In this document: one piece after another, positions 26,701-32,143 of the stretch
How the letters are laid out: each line of letters starts with the position of its first letter
How positions within the stretch are numbered: the stretch's first letter is position 1
Source: a virus
Direction: 5' to 3' (one strand)
IMG/VR virus record: IMGVR_UViG_3300045988_128600
Length of the DNA: 32,143 nt
Notes under the pieces: model-generated
What the model saw: only the letters and a program-made list of their open reading frames with translations
What the model was told of the DNA's origin: nothing
The model's database searches: none
Program-made: the position numbers and the translations under genes

Positions 26701-28494
26701 CCATATAGACTTCTGACTGACACTAAAACAACTCTTGATCCAGAAAGAAAATCTTATTATAGAGATAATGGACATTTTTAGTTGGTAGCTATTCCAAAAG
26801 ATTAGGTTAATAAAATAACAAAATCTGATATTAAAAATAATTAGATTTATTATTTAGATACAATAAATGGAGACAATAATAATCATAGTATAATAACTGA
26901 TTATAATTTATTAATTGATATTTATAATAATTATAGGGGTCTTAATACTAATAAGCCAGAAATATCTGGTGTTATGTATATAAAAAATAATAATTAGATT
27001 GATGAATCTATTATCTAGAATGAGTTATAGGATAAATACCCTGATTTAATAATTTTTGTAGAAAATGTTAAACAAGAATGTTCTGCCAAGTTTATTTTAG
27101 AAAAAGAAGATATTGATGGAGTGTTAATTTAGGAGGTTCTAAAAACTTAGAAATTACCCTTATCTAGCAGTAAATTCTTTGATGATCCAACAAATTCTTC
27201 TAGCGAAACTTATATTTCTTTTGGTAGTTTACAAGAAAAAATGCCAACTTATGATTTTAAAGGTTGGGAAGATGATACGGGAAAATTAGTAATTACTGTT
27301 GGAAAAAACGTAAATGAAGAAGATGTTGTTTTAAAAAGCGATTGGAATTCTTTGTCTTTACAATCTAATAAAATGGATTATATTTTTAAAGCGAGATTTG
27401 AGCGCAAATCTTATACGATCACTTTCGTTAATGGTGACCGCGTTATTAATGATTCAACTGTAAAGAAAGTATTTAATTATGGTGAAAGAATTACTGTTCC
27501 AGAAGAATTCTATTATTTTAATAATACAGAAGTATCTGATTTACCAGAAGGCGAAGACCCATTAGAATGGACTTGGAAATAGGCTGGATGGGCGGATAAA
27601 GATGGAGTTAAAATTGATTTAACTAAACAATTAGCCTATGCTGACCGCGAATTCTACGCTGTTGGAGAGCCGATTAGTGTTTATGATAATATTTTAACTA
27701 ATGATTCTACTCATAAATATTATGATATTATAAATTCTGATGGAGAGTTATCGTTTGTAATGACTGACTTAGCTAAGAATTTAAAAGGCAAAATTACTTT
27801 ACCTACAACTTATAATGGTTAGCCAATTACAAGAATTAAATATAGCCAAGTTAACCCATCAGCAGCAGTTGGTATTCAAGTAAATCCTAATATCACTGCG
27901 ATATTTTTTGCTCCAAAAGATAGCAATAAAATTTCTGTAATAGATGATTATGCTTTTATTTTAGATAGTGGGTTAGAATATTTCCAATTTAGTGATTGTT
28001 TAAAGAAAATTGGTACTAAAGCATTTTATCAATGTCCTTTAAGTCGTAATAACATAATTCCTTATTCTTCTTCTACTGAAGGTTTGACTTTTGGAGCTCA
28101 AGCATTTTATCAAAGTAAGATGGGTTCTTATTCTCCTTATAATTTAATTATAGAGGGATGCAAAGACGGTATTCTTAATTTTGATATAAATGCATTTTCT
28201 GGTCAGACAATTTTAAATATGTCTGGTAATTAGTTTAAAGGTTATACTGGCGCTATTCAAGTATAGATTGGTACTAATAAACACCCAATTAAACAAATTA
28301 CAGCAGATAGCTCTGGCAATATTTTTACTCCTCGTCAAACTGGTATGCCTACAGTGGCTAATGGATACACAGGTCGTTTTAGATATTATTATGTTGCTAG
28401 TTATGGTGAAAGTATTAAAAATACTTTACACAATATTTATGAAGCAATGATATCTAATAGAGCGAATTTTGAAGAAGAGCCTATTGTAAAGTGA
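20749..28494 (+). CDS. Giant multidomain tail fibre / adhesin (about 2581 aa), TAG read through
   Basis: ATG 20749 lies 7 nt after the SD AAAGGAG. Frame 1 is open to TGA 28492-28494; I checked this codon by codon across 21481-21600, 24034-25014 and 26272-28494. The track ORFs 20830, 21598, 22795, 23626, 25012 and 27241 are all frame 1. The N-terminus carries the anchor motif (IRFRPVQGPE...YFYVATDTGRVYLD). A LamG/ConA-like stretch follows (NSKLLEIFMNGVLT...CDIDIYSIRVYDTDLTIPEIVQNY). A CotH-like stretch is present (KNAMFASWGP...HYVWYPIFYDIDTQLG). The C-terminal part has BspA-type LRR-like repeats (IGTKAFYQCPL...LTFGAQAFYQS...FDINAFSGQTIL). Domain calls are by eye only. Confidence 0.7.
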
Positions 28495-28503
28495 GGATAA
28501 ATT

Positions 28504-28704
28504 ATGGAAAAAGAAATTGTTTATAGATATATGGGTTCTAATGGTATTATTGAATCTTCTATATAGTTGACAGGAATTCCTGCGACTACTTTGTATAGAT
28601 TAATAGCAGATTACAATAAGAAATTAACGAGAGATGGAAAAGAATTTTTTTCCATCTCTCCTTTAGTCCCTGAAAGTGAATTAAAAGAATGGTATGAGGT
28701 TTAA
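28504..28704 (+). CDS. Small protein (66 aa) with a helix-turn-helix-like segment
   Basis: ATG 28504 follows a weak SD (tgagga). It has one in-frame TAG at 28564 and a TAA at 28702-28704. The segment IQLTGIPATTLYRLIADYNKKL resembles an Xis/AlpA/MerR-type HTH. A strong terminator follows. Confidence 0.5.
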
Positions 28705-28740
28705 ATAGGCCAGAATACATTGATTTAAATATAAAAAAAA

Positions 28741-28782
28741 TTAGGTTAAATAGGAAAAGAAACTATTTAACCTAATTTTTTT
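28741..28782 (+). terminator. Strong rho-independent terminator, possibly bidirectional
   Basis: A perfect 13-bp stem, TTAGGTTAAATAG (28741-28753) against CTATTTAACCTAA (28763-28775), with the loop gaaaagaaa. It is flanked upstream by an 8-A run and downstream by a 7-T run. Confidence 0.75.
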
Positions 28783-28800
28783 AGAAAGGAAGAGATAGAT

Positions 28801-30477
28801 TTGATAGTTAAAAATGATAGTGTTATCGAACAAGCTAAATGGGAAGAACTTCAAAAGAAAATCAATACTTTAGCTAAAGATAATAAAATAAAAAACGTTA
28901 ATGGAAAAATCGTTGAAATAAAATCTATTGAAGACTATTATAGTAATATTACTGGTATCGTTCAAATGAAGAAGTTAGATCCATCTGTTCTTCGCATACC
29001 TTTAGATGAGCCTATTATAAATATAAATGCTGATACTCGTCAAATTGAATTAACTAAAGAATTTGGAAAAACTCAATTACTTACTGTTGAAAATGATCAT
29101 TTAGCAGAAACAATTTATTTTCAAATTGATAGATATTTTGATTTACAAGATTTAGCAGCTGATGATATTAAAATTTATATTTAGTATTATCTAAATGATC
29201 AAATTCAAGGTTATTCTGAAGCTATTTGCCCTGATATTGGTACTGCTGGAAAATTAATTTTTGGTTGGCAAATTAGTGATGAAGTAACTAGTGAATCTGG
29301 TACTTTATAGTTTTCTATTATTTTCTTCAAAAAGAATCCAAAAGATAATAATAATTTAATGTATGTGTTTAATACATTACCTGCGCAAATGGTTATCAAT
29401 AAAACTTTAGACATTGATGAAGATTTAGTTACTGCGCAACCTGTTGATTATTTAACTGGGTATTTAGAAAGTTTAATCGATTCAAAGAAATCCGCGGGCT
29501 TTGGAGTCCCTGATAATGTGGCTTTCTTGACAAGTATTTTAAATAATAAATCAGTTTATTTAACTGGTGATAAATTATATGCTTTAGCTTATAATGATAC
29601 TTTAAACAATCCAGATAATACTACTATTGAATATAAATGGATTTGTAATTATAGAGGAACTAATACTGAATTAAAAAATGGTATTGGTTATGAATACAAA
29701 AAAATTGTTGATGATAATAGTATCTTTAGTGGAGATATGGCTTATAATGAAAAATTGACCTATTTTACTAAAAATGGAGATACTTATATTAATAGTAGTA
29801 GTGATATTAATCTTGAAAATTATGTTGCTAAAAAGAATGACCTTTATTTAAAAGTTCAATATTGTGAAGTTGATGGATGCGGAAGTTATAGTGTGACAGC
29901 ATTTGGCGCAACCGCGAATCAAGTAAGTAAAGAAGTTAAATGGGCTGGATTAGCTATTTCTGTTGAAGGTATTAGCGAAGATTTTAAAATTATTCTTGAT
30001 CCCTCCCCTGATAATGGATGTTATTATGGCTCTTCTAATACAATTACTGCTATTGGATAGAATGATGAAGGAGTTCAATGTACTTATCTTTGGACAAAAA
30101 ATGGGTCTGAATTTAGTAATGAAAAAACTGTAACTTTAACTCAAGAAGATAATTACACTTTAACGGTTCATGGGTATAAAAATAAAGATAATATAGATTA
30201 TGGTCCAATTAATTTTACCAATTATTTTGACCCTATTAATTTAGTACCTACTGGTGAAGTAAAAACTGAAAATGGAAAATATATTGTTAATATCACTAAT
30301 ACTAGTGAGTTGGGAAATGGAATTTATGAATATTAGTGGAAAAATGCTGAAGGTGTTACTCAAATAACTACTTCTGGGACTAATAACGCAATAGAAATAA
30401 ATGAAAATATTACTCAAGTGGCTGTCATTATTAAAAAAGGTGAAAGAAATTCAAAGCCAGGAGTACTTACGATATAA
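28801..30477 (+). CDS. Tail fibre / baseplate protein (558 aa) with Ig-like C-terminal repeats, TAG read through
   Basis: TTG 28801 follows the SD gaaaggaag. Frame 1 is continuous to TAA 30475-30477, with the track ORFs 28801 and 29359 both frame 1 and in-frame TAGs at e.g. 29182 and 30058. The N-terminal 110 aa (DHLAETIYFQIDRYFD...) are paralogous to the next gene. The C-terminus (CTYLWTKNGSEF...YTLTVHGYKNKD) looks Ig-like. Confidence 0.7.
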
Positions 30478-30489
30478 GAGGTAAGATAA

Positions 30490-31110
30490 ATGATAACTAA
30501 TCCAACTGATTATTATAGCGTTTTACATCAAATACAAGATGAAAATTTTCCAGTAAAATATCCAGCTCTTCCTGCTCCAGAAGATGAAAAATTAGTTTAG
30601 GTAAATTTAAATTCAAGGATTATTAGTAATGAAAATAATTATATTACAGTTGAAGGCGATCACGCTGCTGAAATTATTTATTTTGAAATAGATAGATATT
30701 TTGACACTATGGATTTAACTAATATGATGTGTATTATTCAGTATATTAATGCTGATAATGAAAAGCGCATTTATCCAGTTCCATATTATGACACTTTAAC
30801 TCATAAAGATAAAATTATTTTTCCTTGGGTTTTAAATTATAGTGCTACTAAAAAATCTGGCAATTTAAATTATATGATAACTTTTTACAAAATAGAAAAA
30901 GATTCTAATAATTTATTATATAATTTAAACACATTGCCAGCAAGCCTTTAGGTTTATTCTAAACTTAATTTAGATTCTATTGTAAAAGAAGAAGATTATT
31001 ATGTAATTGATGATAGCCAAGTAGTCCAACAAATTTGGGAACGTTTAGCTCGTTTGGAAGGATTTGTTGGTGGTAATGGGTTGGATGTTTATTGGATTGT
31101 TCTTGAATAA
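30490..31110 (+). CDS. Fibre/baseplate-associated protein (206 aa), paralogous to the N-terminal domain of the 28801 gene
   Basis: ATG 30490 follows the SD AAGAGG. Frame 1 runs to TAA 31108-31110 with a TAG at about 30598 read through. It contains GDHAAEIIYFEIDRYFD, against NDHLAETIYFQIDRYFD in the upstream gene. Confidence 0.7.
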
Positions 31111-31120
31111 ATAAACTAAA

Positions 31121-31160
31121 TGGTATAGAATTATTAATTAATTCTATACCATTAATTTAT
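31121..31160 (+). terminator. Hairpin terminator
   Basis: A perfect 12-bp inverted repeat, TGGTATAGAATT (31121-31132) against AATTCTATACCA (31140-31151), followed by T-rich ttaatttat. Confidence 0.6.
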
Positions 31161-31182
31161 AGAAAGGAGTTATTGAAGATCG

Positions 31183-32143
31183 ATGGCTCTATTTAAAATT
31201 TTAAAAGGAGACTCAAATAATTTAGTTTCCTATGATAATGCTGAAGTAGTTAATGGTAAAATTCCTTTTCCTGCCTTGGGTTCAGGAAAAACTTTATTTA
31301 CAACAGTAGATAGTACTCCTATTACAGAAGGATACGCTTATTTCACAGAAGATACTCATAAATTTTATATTGATACTAAAGACAAAAGATTAAATTTATA
31401 TACTGATCACGCGGATTATGCTACTTATGATGAAAATGGACGTAATTTAGCAGAATTATCAGAAGTATCTTATGAAAATATTGATGATACTGGAGGACAG
31501 ATTGGAGTAATAAATATTAATGGTATTGAATATCCTATTACTTGTCCTGCTGATATCGCTGGAAAAACTATAAACAAATATACTTTTGATGTTAGCGCCG
31601 ATTAGATGGTTTTTACTATTCCTTTTAATTTTAGTGATAGTAGTACACTTACTCTTTATTATAATGGTATTATGATTTAGGAAGCAGAAAATTATACTAT
31701 AGATGGTAATACTATTATTTTAAATGGTTGGAAAGGCAAACAAGGGGATTTTCTAACTGTAATGGGTATCGAAGGAGCAGCTGGAATTAATGTTGATGAA
31801 GATATTATTCGAATTTAGACTGAGTTAAATAAAGCTTTAGAAAAAATTAACTCTTCCACTGAAAACTTAATCTATAAAAATAAATCTAATATAATGACTG
31901 CTGATGGCAGAATTATAATGGATAGTAATTATGTTCCTACAACTGATATGGAATTAGCTACTAAAAAATATGTTGATAATGCCACTCCCCCTACGGTTGG
32001 AACTACTACTGATTATTCTATTTATATTGGATCTACACAACCTGCTTCTGGGACCGCTCCTTTAGTATGGATAGATACAACTGCTAAAACTGGCACTTTT
32101 AAATATAGAACTTCTACCACAGGTACTTGGACCCCTGTCCCCG
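31183..32143 (+). CDS. Tail fibre protein, 3'-partial (over 320 aa), TAG read through
   Basis: ATG 31183 follows the SD AAAGGAG with a 13-nt spacer. Frame 1 is open to the window end, with TAGs at 31603, about 31678 and about 31816. The N-terminus FKILKGDSNNLVSY...AYFTEDTHKFYID carries the anchor motif. An internal TDMELATKKYVDN segment is typical of fibre shafts. Confidence 0.7.

Noticed and set aside
10286-28497. Tandem stops after TGA (tga taa at 16006; tga gga taa at 28492; TGA then TAA within 4 codons at 13364), which might suggest TGA is also leaky or recoded
   Set aside because: No TGA occurs inside any of the long verified frames and Trp is always TGG. Each TGA is followed by an SD and start or by an overlapping start. 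Back-up TAA codons are common in AT-rich genomes, so TGA is treated as a true stop.
1-32143. Searched for tRNA genes (including a possible suppressor tRNA-CUA), a CRISPR array, or integrase/transposase ends
   Set aside because: The intergenic spacers are only 40-120 nt and are fully accounted for by terminators and SD sequences. There are no cloverleaf-compatible stretches, no regularly spaced direct repeats and no terminal inverted repeats. A suppressor tRNA, if present, must lie outside this window.

Overview
This window is a single co-directional (+ strand) late/structural operon of a tailed phage or prophage, AT-rich at roughly 30% GC. Its key property is that TAG is not a stop here. Every large gene is one continuous reading frame interrupted only by TAG codons, dozens per gene, and it ends at TAA or TGA followed by a rho-independent terminator or a strong Shine-Dalgarno (AAAGGAG-type) plus start codon. 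Read with TAG as a sense codon (most likely Gln, as in genetic code 15), the window contains 14 genes. The first is the 3' 6.8 kb of a tape measure gene of at least 2255 codons, with transmembrane-like segments and the typical C-terminal GGYTG...LAFLH motif. It is followed by about 25 kb of baseplate, tail-fibre and adhesin genes. One of these is a single 7.7 kb gene of about 2581 aa with lectin-like (LamG), CotH-like and BspA-type LRR-like regions. Four fibre-type proteins share a related N-terminal anchor motif. One 553-aa fibre gene has no TAG at all although its neighbours carry about 2% TAG codons. The SD sequences and frequent TTG starts point to a Firmicutes-type host rather than Bacteroidetes. 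GC-rich short motifs (CCGCGG, GCGGCCGC, GCGGTSCGC, and a 60-nt GC island) occur inside coding sequence far more often than the composition predicts. I found no tRNA, rRNA, CRISPR array, integrase or transposase in the window. The domain calls come from motif recognition by eye and need an HMM search to confirm.
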